Assembly: GCA_900547445.1 (NCBI GenBank) | Contig: URGJ01000001.1 | Span: 53,556 to 117,555, forward strand | Direction of reading: 5' to 3' | DNA: 64,000 nucleotides | DNA from: an uncultured Oscillospiraceae bacterium | GTDB taxonomy: Bacteria; Bacillota; Clostridia; Oscillospirales; Acutalibacteraceae | Shown: positions 1 through 10,300 of the stretch, one piece after another | Layout: each line of letters opens with the position of its first letter | Numbering within the stretch: the first letter of the stretch is position 1 | The notes under the pieces: generated by a model | What the model was told of the DNA's origin: nothing | What the model saw: only the letters and a program-made list of their open reading frames with translations | The model's database searches: none | Position numbers and translations under genes: made by a program

Positions 1-1457
1 TTTGCATCATCTGAAAGACTGCTTAATTCATTATCGGAAAATTTGTCGCAGTCTCTGATAAGATTTTTGAAAACAACAGCGTTATTCCGTGTGACAATTT
101 TATCCTTGTTTGCTAACAGCCTTGTTTCAATGCTTGAAACAGCATTCTTTTTCACATTGAAAACAAAATTTTGCTTCATTCCGAAAAGTTGGACGCTAAC
201 GTTATTCTTCCCATCTGAAAGGCGTATCGGATTTACATAATCATTTTTCAATAAAGCAGTAAAAACCGTACCGTCGTAATCGGTAATATTTAGCTTATAA
301 TCATTAATATCCAAACTGTTTCCGCTGCGAATCTCAATTTCATCATTATAAGCATAACCGCACATTGATATTTTTTTATAGTTTTTTTCCGTTCTGTCCG
401 TAACGCGAAAACCCGTCACGTTTCCCTTTGCACGGTAAGATTTCATTCCCACGGTTCCCTTTAGGTATGGGTTATCGTTATCGGTATATCCCCCCAACAG
501 ACAGTTGTTCAGAAAGCAATATATTGTATTTCCTTTACATAACAAATTTACATCATAATATCTCCCGAGACCTATTTCCTTTGCACCGATAACATTTTGA
601 ATATAATCATTGTCAAAAGCAGTTAATAATGTATACCCGTCGGCAGAGCGCTTATACAATTCGCCCTTTATGTATGCCGCCGAAGAAGCGTCGACCGATA
701 ATCTGAATTCATAAGACCGATTTGAAGCCTCTCTTCTTGCCACGAGCGCTAAATAGGAAGACTTCTTTGTATAATCATAGTTATCATACAAAAATTTTGC
801 ACTGACCTGATAATCGGTCCAATCTGACGCTTTGATACTGTTATAATATGCTGAATCAACCGTTGACTCGGTTGTATCAAAAGAATATGTTGACGAGGAA
901 TTTGAAATAACGGCAGTTCCGCTTTCATCGGAAATTTTCCAATTGCTTGAGTCAAATTTGTCAGAAATAAGGTCATTGGGTCTGGACTTAAGCGAAACAA
1001 TATCGACAATATCCACCTTACCGTTGCCGTTCATGTCGGCAATTTCCGAATATTCATTGTCAAATAAAACGGATTTTTTCAACAAGGATAAATCGTCAGA
1101 GGTATTGAATCCGTCTCCGTTCATATCACCCTTGTTTCTTTCTCTGAACGACACATTAAGCGTATGATCCGATAAAAATTCTTTAAAAGTGTACTCATTC
1201 GTCGGAGCAATATCCCTTCCGTCAACAGTGATTTTATCTATTACATAACCCTCATCGGGAATAATGTTACAGGTTATGCTTTTTCTCGCAGCAATCACAA
1301 CAGTCCCGCTTGGCGTAACAGTCCCGCCAATACCGTCAACCGCCGTTACAAGCGTATATTCCGATGCGGCAAAGGCTGTCATATTCGGCAAAACAACGGC
1401 TGATAGTATAATAAATAATACCAAACAAACCGAAATTGTTTTTTTGAAATATTCCAT
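1..1457 (-). CDS. Secreted dockerin-containing protein with LamG/concanavalin-like (DUF1080-like) domain; 3' end lies beyond window start
   Basis: Minus-strand ATG at 1455-1457 preceded by AGGAGG with a 7-nt spacer. N-terminus MEYFKKTISVCLVLFIILSAVVLPNMTAFAA is a signal peptide. Internal duplicated dockerin type I Ca-binding repeats (DMNGDGFNTSDD ... DMNGNGKVDIVD). The ORF runs off the window edge, so it is absent from the ORF track. Confidence 0.6.
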   Translation of the reverse strand, partial: MEYFKKTISVCLVLFIILSAVVLPNMTAFAASEYTLVTAVDGIGGTVTPSGTVVIAARKSITCNIIPDEGYVIDKITVDGRDIAPTNEYTFKEFLSDHTLNVSFRERNKGDMNGDGFNTSDDLSLLKKSVLFDNEYSEIADMNGNGKVDIVDIVSLKSRPNDLISDKFDSSNWKISDESGTAVISNSSSTYSFDTTESTVDSAYYNSIKASDWTDYQVSAKFLYDNYDYTKKSSYLALVARREASNRSYEFRLSVDASSAAYIKGELYKRSADGYTLLTAFDNDYIQNVIGAKEIGLGRYYDVNLLCKGNTIYCFLNNCLLGGYTDNDNPYLKGTVGMKSYRAKGNVTGFRVTDRTEKNYKKISMCGYAYNDEIEIRSGNSLDINDYKLNITDYDGTVFTALLKNDYVNPIRLSDGKNNVSVQLFGMKQNFVFNVKKNAVSSIETRLLANKDKIVTRNNAVVFKNLIRDCDKFSDNELSSLSDDA

Positions 1458-1526
1458 ATGAGGACCTCCTGTAAAAATTTCAAAAAATCTGTAAGCACAC
1501 TGAAAAATCGGTAGGTTTACACATTA

Positions 1527-1568
1527 TTTGAAAAGCTTGCCTCCCCCCCACCTGAGAAGGGAGGCAAG
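1527..1568 (-). terminator. Rho-independent terminator after the 1575..3722 gene
   Basis: 10-bp perfect stem cttgcctccc (1536-1545) / gggaggcaag (1559-1568) with a 13-nt loop. On the minus strand it is followed by a T-rich tract. Confidence 0.55.
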
Positions 1569-1574
1569 AAACTG

Positions 1575-3722
1575 TTAAAACGATTCTAAAATTCTCTTAA
1601 TGCGAACAGCATCACGAATATCTGTTACGCCGTCTTTATTGATATCTGCTTCACCTGAATCCTGTAATAAGCGGCCGATAATAACAGTCATATCATCGGC
1701 ATCCGATATTTGATTGCCGTCGAAGTCTCCGACAATTTCTTTAACATACTGATCCAAATTATCAAAATCAAAAACAGTGATATTATCAACTTCAATTGCC
1801 GAATTATTCGCAGTTGACTTGATACCGGCATTCATTGCAATAGAACCCTTGGTATAGGTTTCATCTGTCGCTTCAATGATTAAGGTATCATTAAGATACA
1901 CCTTAATTGAGGTGCCGTTAAATTCCATTTTTACAGTAAATGCAGTGGAACAAAGCGGTCTTGACGATGGCTCGTAAGCAGTGCCTATATCATTGCCCTT
2001 ATAATTTTTCTGTAAATGGATTTCTCTGATATGTCCGGAAGATCCCATATAAATTTTTAGGAAATAGCCGGTCTTATAATCGGTGATTCTGCCGCCTAAA
2101 AAGATAAAAGTGTTTGAGACAGCGTCACTTCTGATATCCCAGCTTACCGAGTAGTTTTGCCAATTCTTTGCTTTTGTCGTATTCAGGAAAAGATTTACAT
2201 CGTTGTCGGCAGTGGTTGGAATTGTAAGACGTCCGTCGGCAAAATAGGGAACATAATTTGTAAGCATCGCGTTGCTTGATGAACCCCAGCCCGCCTTTTG
2301 AATGTACTGTTTATCGTATGTTACTCCGTCTTCTAAATAGCTTGGAGTATAATCGTCGAAGTTTTCGACCTTGTTCGGTGTGGGGGCAGGTATTATATCA
2401 TAATCATATACAACAAAGTTATCGATAGTTGTAGTTATGCCTGTTCCGGTAGTGCTTCCAATATAGCGAATACCTGCGAAACCTATTTGATAATCATTAT
2501 CGGTTGCGGTAAGCATTTTCACTCCGTCAATATAGGCATCAATTCTGTTTCCTTGGAAAACAGCCTTAACATTATATGCTTTGCCCTGTTCAATCGTTGC
2601 CTCGCAGGTTGCAAGTTCACCGGAGCCACCTCTTGAATAAATTCGCATTCCGGCAGTGCCGTCTGTTTTAATGAAGATTTGCACTTCATAGCCGTTTGGA
2701 TTTAATCCGACAGCGTCATTATGCCTTCCGGAAACTCCGGCATAAACATTTTCCGAAACAGTTCCCTCACCGAAAGTCACATCGGCCTCAACCGAATAGT
2801 CATTCCAGGCCAAAGCGCCTTTAGCACCTGCAGATTGATAACCCAAATGATTATAAGTACAGTCTGACGGGATATTCAATGCTCCATCCGCAAAAAAACC
2901 TGCTGTTGCATTATTATAAACAGACCAACCGTTATTTCTTAAAGCAGAAGCTTTTAATGCATTGGTTTCCTGATTATAACTTGAAAAATCATCATAAAAC
3001 TTATTCGACAATATCTCTGTATGATTCACAGTAAATTCATCACAAACAGCCAGATAACTTTTCGATGCAAAACGAATTCCGGCAGGACCCGTGGGATAAG
3101 CGCCCTTTTCATCTGTGTAATCGATCACGAGAGTATCCCCGAGGAAACATTTTATATTATTCCCTTCTACTGCAACCTTTACTTCAAGCTCCTGACCCAA
3201 TTCAAACAGATCATTCTTATTGGTAACGATGTTACCGTCGGAGGTTATAATCCTGTTGGTACCTCTTTCAAAAAGTCTTACATAGCCTGTAGTAGAGCCC
3301 GTAGGACAGCAAAGCTGGAATTCATATCCGCCCGAAGCGGCTGTTGTATTTCTTACCGAAATACCGGCTGTGGCAGGTGTTGTTGGGGCAACGCCCGCTT
3401 CGCCTAATGTCAATTTGCAGGTCACGGTGTAATCTTTATAGGTTGTAAAATCAAATTTTGTATCACGAAGCTGCGCCCAAATTTGATTTGTATCTGTTGC
3501 GGAATGAACAAATTTTCCGCCTGTAACACATGCCTTCGCATACCCTAAATTGGTGTTGTTAGTTGATTCCCATCCCGAAAGTTCCGCATCATTAAAAGTT
3601 TCGGTGTAGCATGTTACATTAAATGGCATATCTGCAAACGCAACCGTTGAAAACAGGCTTGTTAACAGAGAAAAAACGAGTGCTATGGAAAGTGAGAAAA
3701 CTAAGAATCTTTTTGCTTTCAT
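1575..3722 (-). CDS. Secreted protein with three LamG/DUF1080-like (3-keto-disaccharide-hydrolase-like jelly-roll) repeats and a C-terminal type I dockerin
   Basis: Signal peptide MKAKRFLVFSLSIALVFSLLTSLFSTVAFA. C-terminal dockerin DFDGNQISDADD...DINKDGVTDIRD. Repeated F.D....GW...W.V.DG / GYE.QI-type blocks. Last gene of the long minus-strand operon. Confidence 0.65.
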   Translation of the reverse strand: MKAKRFLVFSLSIALVFSLLTSLFSTVAFADMPFNVTCYTETFNDAELSGWESTNNTNLGYAKACVTGGKFVHSATDTNQIWAQLRDTKFDFTTYKDYTVTCKLTLGEAGVAPTTPATAGISVRNTTAASGGYEFQLCCPTGSTTGYVRLFERGTNRIITSDGNIVTNKNDLFELGQELEVKVAVEGNNIKCFLGDTLVIDYTDEKGAYPTGPAGIRFASKSYLAVCDEFTVNHTEILSNKFYDDFSSYNQETNALKASALRNNGWSVYNNATAGFFADGALNIPSDCTYNHLGYQSAGAKGALAWNDYSVEADVTFGEGTVSENVYAGVSGRHNDAVGLNPNGYEVQIFIKTDGTAGMRIYSRGGSGELATCEATIEQGKAYNVKAVFQGNRIDAYIDGVKMLTATDNDYQIGFAGIRYIGSTTGTGITTTIDNFVVYDYDIIPAPTPNKVENFDDYTPSYLEDGVTYDKQYIQKAGWGSSSNAMLTNYVPYFADGRLTIPTTADNDVNLFLNTTKAKNWQNYSVSWDIRSDAVSNTFIFLGGRITDYKTGYFLKIYMGSSGHIREIHLQKNYKGNDIGTAYEPSSRPLCSTAFTVKMEFNGTSIKVYLNDTLIIEATDETYTKGSIAMNAGIKSTANNSAIEVDNITVFDFDNLDQYVKEIVGDFDGNQISDADDMTVIIGRLLQDSGEADINKDGVTDIRDAVRIKRILESF

Positions 3723-3739
3723 AAAAATCTTCCCTTCAA

Positions 3740-4615
3740 TTATTTTGTTACTTTGTCATATATCCCGTCAAGATACTCCGCCTGCGATGGAGTGATCTTG
3801 GCAAACGGTTTTCTGCAATCGCCGCAAGGGATGCCCGATTTTGTAAGGAAATACTTTACCGAAGCATTTACACCTACCTTAATCATTGCTTCGATAATTT
3901 CATTTGCTTCCCTTTGCTTTTGTGCGGCGCCTTCCATGTTTCCTGCCTCAAAGTATTTTTTAATTTCCATATACTTTTGCGGCATTACATTGAATGTTGA
4001 ACCGATGGCGGCGGTAATACCGATCGGAAGTGCATTACAGTAAATTTCATCATGACCGTTAAAGAGCATTAATTCCGGATACCTGCGGCTGATTTTTTCA
4101 AGCTCAAAAAGGTTATATGAGGTATATTTAAGTCCTTTAGCACCTGAAGCGTCCAGTATAGTCTTAATATTATCGGCTGTAATCTCAACACCCGAAAAAG
4201 CAGGAATACTGTAAATGATAAGCGGTAAATCAGGAGCCGCCTTTGCAAGATCCTCATAATATCCCGCAATTTCATCAAAAGAAAATTTGTAATAGAAAGG
4301 CGGAACGCTGGATACGGCCGAAGCCCCGATTTCCTTTGCGTGACGCGCCAAATCAGCGGTTTTATCCGTTCCTATATCGCCAACATGTGCAATAACCGGA
4401 ACTCTTCCGTCTGTTGTTTTGATAACCGTTTCTAAAACTTTTTTTCTTTCCTCCGCTGTCATTAAAAAGCACTCCGATGTGCTTCCGCAAGCGTAAAATC
4501 CGCCGACGCCTTTCGCAATCAAACTGTTAACCAGCTCTTTCAGTGCACCGTAATTTACATCGCCGTTTTCCTTAAAAGGGGTAACAAGCGCCGGAATAAT
4601 TCCACTAAAATTCAT
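3740..4615 (-). CDS. nanA: N-acetylneuraminate lyase (DHDPS/NanA family class I aldolase)
   Basis: Residue-level resemblance to E. coli NanA: GSTSE (GSTGE), VPPFYYKFSFDEI (VTPFYYPFSFEEH), YSIPAFSGV (YNIPALSGV), GSTFNVM, CRKPF. GGAGG RBS 8 nt upstream of the MNFSG start, so the start is moved from 4636 to 4615. Confidence 0.8.
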   Translation of the reverse strand: MNFSGIIPALVTPFKENGDVNYGALKELVNSLIAKGVGGFYACGSTSECFLMTAEERKKVLETVIKTTDGRVPVIAHVGDIGTDKTADLARHAKEIGASAVSSVPPFYYKFSFDEIAGYYEDLAKAAPDLPLIIYSIPAFSGVEITADNIKTILDASGAKGLKYTSYNLFELEKISRRYPELMLFNGHDEIYCNALPIGITAAIGSTFNVMPQKYMEIKKYFEAGNMEGAAQKQREANEIIEAMIKVGVNASVKYFLTKSGIPCGDCRKPFAKITPSQAEYLDGIYDKVTK

Positions 4616-4628
4616 TTTTCTTCCTCCA

Positions 4629-5090
4629 TCAGTCATTCCCGAACAATTCCATGGGTATTTTAAATATTATTATTTTAATCATTTTCTTTTGTGTTTTTGG
4701 GTTTGCTTTGGCGCAATGCGCGTCGTTCGGAAAAAGACAAACTGCTGTACCCTTATTAAGCGGGACGTCTAAATAAGGCTTGCCGAAAATCTTTACAAAA
4801 TCCTTTTCTTCCGTATAACTGTCAAACTCCATTTTATCGGCAGCTCCAACCGACATGAAAAATTCGCCGTCAATAACATAGTGGACATCCGCATATTTTC
4901 TGTGCGCCTCATAATAATCTTTTTCCTCAAATTTGCTGTCGGTTTCCAAAACGCTGCAATAAATACCGTTTTCAAGGTTGTGCCTGCCAAAAGGAATTTC
5001 TTCCCTTTCCGCCCTTTGAGCGAATTTGACACACATGGTAATCGGTTTGGAAAGACCTGCCGTACAGCTGTCAAAATATATCATAGCCAA
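4629..5090 (-). CDS. nanQ: YhcH/YjgK/YiaL (DUF386) family protein, NanQ-like N-acetylneuraminate anomerase
   Basis: Matches YhcH blocks: EAHRKYADVHYVIDGEF vs ELHEQYIDIQLLLNGEE, and NKGTAVCLFPNDAHC vs KPGMFAVFMPGEPHK. Sits directly upstream of nanA in the same operon. Confidence 0.75.
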   Translation of the reverse strand: MAMIYFDSCTAGLSKPITMCVKFAQRAEREEIPFGRHNLENGIYCSVLETDSKFEEKDYYEAHRKYADVHYVIDGEFFMSVGAADKMEFDSYTEEKDFVKIFGKPYLDVPLNKGTAVCLFPNDAHCAKANPKTQKKMIKIIIFKIPMELFGND

Positions 5091-7342
5091 ACACCTTCTT
5101 CTTCCAAAAGTGAAATATCACAAATTGTGGTTGAATCCCAATCCTGTTTTTTCAGGCAGGATTTTTTGATCCTTGTAACAAGCGTTCTCTGCTCGTGGTG
5201 CACTGCAAGCGCAGATCCCGGCAAAACCTCTTTTTTTGCCGAAAACAGTACTGTGCCGTTAGTTACAAAAACATACTCTTTTGTAACATAAACCGCGGGG
5301 TCCACAAGCTGGAACAACGGGGAACGAAGCCGAGTCATTTTGTCGGGGAAGCAAAGACCCATTCGCTCGATATCGCATAAAAAATCCCAGTTTTTTCCGT
5401 CGGTACTTTTTGCGAGAGAAAGCCTTGTACGCTCTGATGTATTTCCCCTTGAAAGGGGAAGAGAATTCACCCAAACAAGGTAATATGTCCCTGAATCAAA
5501 TCGATCCTCATAAACGGAAAAAGAAGATTTCCCGCATTGCATATATCGGATACATTTGATATTCTGCCAGGTTTCGCCGAAATCAAAAGACTCAAAATAG
5601 CATAAGAAGCGGCTTTCGGAACGTGTGCAGTATAACCTCATCGAGTTATCGCCGCAAAATACGATCTTACATTCGGCAATATCATTGATCGGCGTTTTTT
5701 CACCGCAATGATCAATAATTTCATCGGTGTCGGTTTTTGATCTTATCCAGGAAGCTCCGCCGTCGTCACTATAATAGACAACGGTATTATGTCCGTTTTT
5801 TTCGGCGCCCAAAGCGTCTATCGGGACTGTGTGTTTTTCTACTATCGGAATAAAAATTCTGTTTACCCCATTCGGCAGTGTGTATTCGCTCAGGGACTGC
5901 GTATGAAAAATCACACCGTTTTCAGGATAATCCTCTTCGCTGATTATGTGGGAAAGCGTTTTCCATTCTTTAAGATCGAATGATTCTTGAACCTCCAACC
6001 GATTATTAAGCAACACCTGAATATACTTTCCGTTTTTTAACCTTATGACGCTTTGATAGGCGCCGTTCGTGCAAAGACCTGCGTATTCTCCGCCCAAAGG
6101 CAAATCCGTAAAGGATGCGCCCCTGTCCTTACTGAAGAAGATACCTCTGCTTTCCGGGTTTTGAAAATCAATGGGTTTCTCGCTTCCCGTACCCAAAAGC
6201 TGTTTCTCGCTTAAAATTTTGCGAATACCTAAAAGGTTTCCCTCGTTGTTTTCAATAATCTGCATTGAGGCTGCCGGACTGTCAGGCGTTTCAATAACAT
6301 ACTGTACAATATCCTCCGCCGCCTCGGTTGCATTTTCTGCGTCAAGAAAAATTTCTTTTACTGAAAACTCTGCATTTTCAGAAAATAAGCTCACTTTGCC
6401 GTAGTTTGCATGACGCAGATTTTTAATATTCAATATAGAAATTCCGTCGATTTTCAGTTCAAAAAAGTTCTCTTGCGCGGTTGCGCAAACCGAGTATTCT
6501 TTTTCGGGAAAAATTTCAAATGTTCCGCTTTTGTAACATTGTGTTTTGCAGTCATACAAAGCGGGGGTGTCCTCTAATATCCAAGACTTTTCCGAAACAT
6601 CAAACCGACATTTTAAGAATGCGGTATCGGGAGACTTGCGAAGAAAAAATCCGAACTGCCCGTCCCCGTTTATTTGGGATATTTTAAATTTGAAATTTAA
6701 GGTTAAATTCCTCGAAAAAAGGTGGAGTATTGCTTCCGAATATTCTTTTGTTTCAGCTGAAAACCATCCGTTTTTTAAAACAAATCTCGGTGTATACGGC
6801 TTACAGTACCAGCCCTTCGGCATACCCGCTGTATTGATGTCGTCAAAATTTGCCGAATAACGCTTGATAATCTTTTTACAGGCTTTTGAAGGCGCTTCCT
6901 CAAAATCACCCTCAATATTAAAGGTTGTAAAATCGGCACTGCTTTCGGGATGAATCCAAACACCGCCGTATCCCTTTGAAAACGCAAAATCATTGCTGTC
7001 ATCAAAACATATCAGAGGTGCCCCGTTAAGATATCCCGTAAGATTTCCCTTATCGCAAACCAGTTTAAGCGTTAACGAATCGCCCTCAATCGTTATATCG
7101 GTTTTATCCAGTTCTATCCTTTTAAGAACATAATTACAGTCATACTTTTTAATAAGAAGAAGCGTGCTGTTTCCCTTCAGCCTTAACTGATAATTACCCT
7201 CAAAACCGATATTAAGACCTACCCCGATATAAACATTTTCCGCTGTCCTATGAAACAACGCAGAAACAGCGCTGACAGAGCCATACCGACAATCGTATAA
7301 ATGCCAGCCCTCAAAAGCTCTCCTAAAGGTCAATTCATCCAT
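5081..7342 (-). CDS. Cytoplasmic BNR-repeat sialidase-like (GH33-type) protein with N-terminal LamG/DUF1080-like domain; no signal peptide
   Basis: Asp-box motifs YYSDDGGASW, SFDFGETW, STDGKNWD. The C-terminal ~150 aa are paralogous to the C-terminus of the 1927-aa neighbour (GTYYLVWVNS...RLSLAKSTDGKNWDFLCDIERMG). 8-nt overlap with the upstream gene and 10-nt overlap with nanQ. Confidence 0.55.
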   Translation of the reverse strand: MDELTFRRAFEGWHLYDCRYGSVSAVSALFHRTAENVYIGVGLNIGFEGNYQLRLKGNSTLLLIKKYDCNYVLKRIELDKTDITIEGDSLTLKLVCDKGNLTGYLNGAPLICFDDSNDFAFSKGYGGVWIHPESSADFTTFNIEGDFEEAPSKACKKIIKRYSANFDDINTAGMPKGWYCKPYTPRFVLKNGWFSAETKEYSEAILHLFSRNLTLNFKFKISQINGDGQFGFFLRKSPDTAFLKCRFDVSEKSWILEDTPALYDCKTQCYKSGTFEIFPEKEYSVCATAQENFFELKIDGISILNIKNLRHANYGKVSLFSENAEFSVKEIFLDAENATEAAEDIVQYVIETPDSPAASMQIIENNEGNLLGIRKILSEKQLLGTGSEKPIDFQNPESRGIFFSKDRGASFTDLPLGGEYAGLCTNGAYQSVIRLKNGKYIQVLLNNRLEVQESFDLKEWKTLSHIISEEDYPENGVIFHTQSLSEYTLPNGVNRIFIPIVEKHTVPIDALGAEKNGHNTVVYYSDDGGASWIRSKTDTDEIIDHCGEKTPINDIAECKIVFCGDNSMRLYCTRSESRFLCYFESFDFGETWQNIKCIRYMQCGKSSFSVYEDRFDSGTYYLVWVNSLPLSRGNTSERTRLSLAKSTDGKNWDFLCDIERMGLCFPDKMTRLRSPLFQLVDPAVYVTKEYVFVTNGTVLFSAKKEVLPGSALAVHHEQRTLVTRIKKSCLKKQDWDSTTICDISLLEEEGVWL

Positions 7343-10300
7343 TTTTCTTACTCCTTTTAAAAAGCTTCAGAAACAGGGATTTGAGAAATTCAAGCTGTTT
7401 TTTCAAAGGTGCAAAATACTTTGTTTTTTTCTTCGCTGAAACAACGGCAAGAAATACTGCCTCGGTTATAATCGCCAACAAAAGAATCAAAACAAAATAA
7501 TCGAGAAAACCTCTTGCGGTAAATATAACTTCGATATCCAAATCTTCTTTAACATTTTCTCTGATTATTTTTCCAAAGAAAGCAAACTCTGTTTTGCCGT
7601 TGATTCTTACGCTCTTGACCTTCACAAAAATATTTTTCGGTTTCAGCTTGACCGAAAGAGTGTCGCCCTCAAGAATACCGGTATCCTGCGGTTCCACCTC
7701 TCCGTTGCCTAAAACAGTCCAATTAATATTGTATTTAGGAACAACCTCAATCTCATAGGACGTTTTAATACAATGAGAATCGAAGAGCGTAACCGTTTGT
7801 TTGCCGAGCGTAAACAAATCGGGTTCTTCCACAAGGCGAAGTCTTCCCGTATCAATTTCTTTTTTAGAACCGTCCAATGCCGTTACGGTTGCGATTCCGC
7901 CGCTAAAGCCGAAAATTTCGCCGACTCCGTAACGGACTTTGATCGGTTTTGTAACCTCGATTGATTTTGGGAAAAGCATATCGCTTATCGAATAATTATT
8001 CCATTCGGTATCTTGAAGCTTTTCCTTTTCAATACGGACGACCCTTAACCGCAAGCCCTGGTGATAGTTTGTTGAACTGCCGGTAATTTTTGTGGGGTCT
8101 GTACCGTCTGAACGTCCGAATGTAACAAATACATACTTATCCGTAACCTCAATACATGGATCTATACACTGGAACAGCGGCGTTGTAGAATCCATATCAT
8201 TGCCGTAAACTTCCTCCGCCATGCGTTCAATATCACAAAGGAAGGTCCAGTTCTTTCCGTCGGTACTTCTTGCCAGACTGAGTCTTGAACGTGAGAAGTT
8301 AGAGCCCTTTATTACAGGATTATTGTTTACCCAAATCAAATAGTATGTGCCTCTGTCAGACGGGTCCTCAATAACGTTGAAAGAAGCTTTTGCACACTGC
8401 ATTTCAGGGATCTGATATTGCCCCTCCCAAGTAACACCGCCGTCCTTGGAAACGGTATACTGTAAGCAACCGTATGAGTCACGGGAGAGATACATACGCA
8501 ATGTACCGTCATCGCACTGAACAATTTTGCACTCTGCCCAGTCTGCGCTTGTTACGTCATCCGGATTCCAGGTAGTGGAAACATCCCTTGAATCACACTC
8601 GGATTCTTTCCATGTAACACCGCCGTCATCACTGTAAAACACCCTTGTATAGTGACTGGATGAAGAGGTTGTTAAGGTTGATTTATATAAGTTATCAATG
8701 ACACAGAGGAATATTCTCCAGGTTCCGTCCTTTAGCTGATACTCCGTAAAAGAATTAATATGAATTGAATGATAGGCTCTGTCTAAGTCATCCAGCATTT
8801 CCTCCGGAGCAAAAATTCTGCCGACTTCCTCCCAGGTTTTGCCGTAATCCTTTGATTTTCTGATAATAAAATCGTTTTTACGGGTAAAAATGTAACTTCC
8901 GTCGTGCAGCTGCATGCAGGAATTATAGCCTTCATAACCGCAGAACGCCTCATAATACGGATCCTCTTCCGACAGCTCTTCAAAAGATTTACCGTTATCC
9001 TTGGAAAGTCCCACATAATTATATCCCGCTAAAATAACCTTGTCGCCGTCAAGACTTTCAACCTCGGCAGTACCGGTATAAACTCCTTTACGAACAGTAT
9101 ATTCCAGTATACCGTCCTGAACTTCTCCGCCGTTCGGGAATTCACATTTTATATTGTCAAAATAAAGCGATGTGCCGTCCGCAAAGGCCCCTACCCTGCC
9201 GTAGGTTGTTTGAGAAACCTTTTTAAGTGTTAACACTTCTTTACCGTCGAGCTTTACAGTAACATCCGTACCGCTTGCGGCAATGCTAAGCTTATACCAT
9301 TTATTCGGTTCTATTTCGGAGGTTTTTTCAGAATAGACCGTATTAACATCGCAATCCCGTTCATTTTTCGTATCAACCGCAAACCATTGCTTTTTTGAAC
9401 AGTCATATCCGATTTGCAAATATGCCGTTTCGGGCGACATACGGATAAAGAAACCGAATTTTCCGTCCGAACCTTTTTTGTCAGTCATAAAATCGAGTGT
9501 TATTTTCGGATCCGACTCAAAAACATGAAGCCAAGTATAGGTATAATCTGCGGTATATTTTGTACCGTAATACTTATTGTTCGCTGAGGAATAAATCTGC
9601 CAGTTATTTTTGTCGTCTTCCTCAACAAAATGGCTCGGATCGGAATTTACTTTTTCGTCCTCAAAATCATCCTCATATTTTGTGGGGGTTACCGTGGCTT
9701 TTGTAGCAGGTTCTTCAAGAACGGTACCGCGCATAACAAAATTATCAAATTTTGCATTTCCGTTATGTAAGCGTATGCCGGTTCTGCCCTCGGTATAATA
9801 ATTTGACGATTCGCTGTCATCAAATGAGATAACAAGCTTATCATTAACATATACCTTTATCATATTATCAATGAATGTAACATTCATTGTGAACCATTCG
9901 TTTTCTTTGATATCCAAACCGTAACCCGATAAAGGTTCATTAAATACGCGAACATCGTCTTTTATAAACTGCAAAATCGGGTTAACCTTTCCCTTATCGT
10001 CAAATGCGTCCATTTTAACGCGGGCAATATAGTATCCGTCGTCGCCGATATTAAACGCAAATCCCATATACATGGCTTCCGAAAGCATCATCATTCTTGC
10101 ACTTACAGAATCGAGTTTGGCATAAATCGGTTTTACAATACGCAGAGATGTTGAGGAAATGTTATATCTTTCCTGTTCCACACGGTAAGCTCCGTTGATA
10201 ACCTTCCATTCTCCTCTGCCCTTTTCAACGCCGTCAAACCATTCAGACTCATCAAATTTTTTGCTGTCGTTAAAATCATTGCTGTAGATGATTTTACTGT

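Noticed and set aside
3021-3407. Plus-strand 128-aa ORF (and many similar 60-140-aa ORFs such as 3753..4043, 4881..5291, 6546..6860, 10731..11015, 13481..13756, 25508..25855, 28265..28540, 36207..36497, 38742..39263, 45006..45326, 51605..52006, 60836..61381)
   Set aside because: They lie antisense to, or nested inside, long well-supported genes, lack RBSs and have low-complexity or arbitrary composition. They are treated as frame artefacts.
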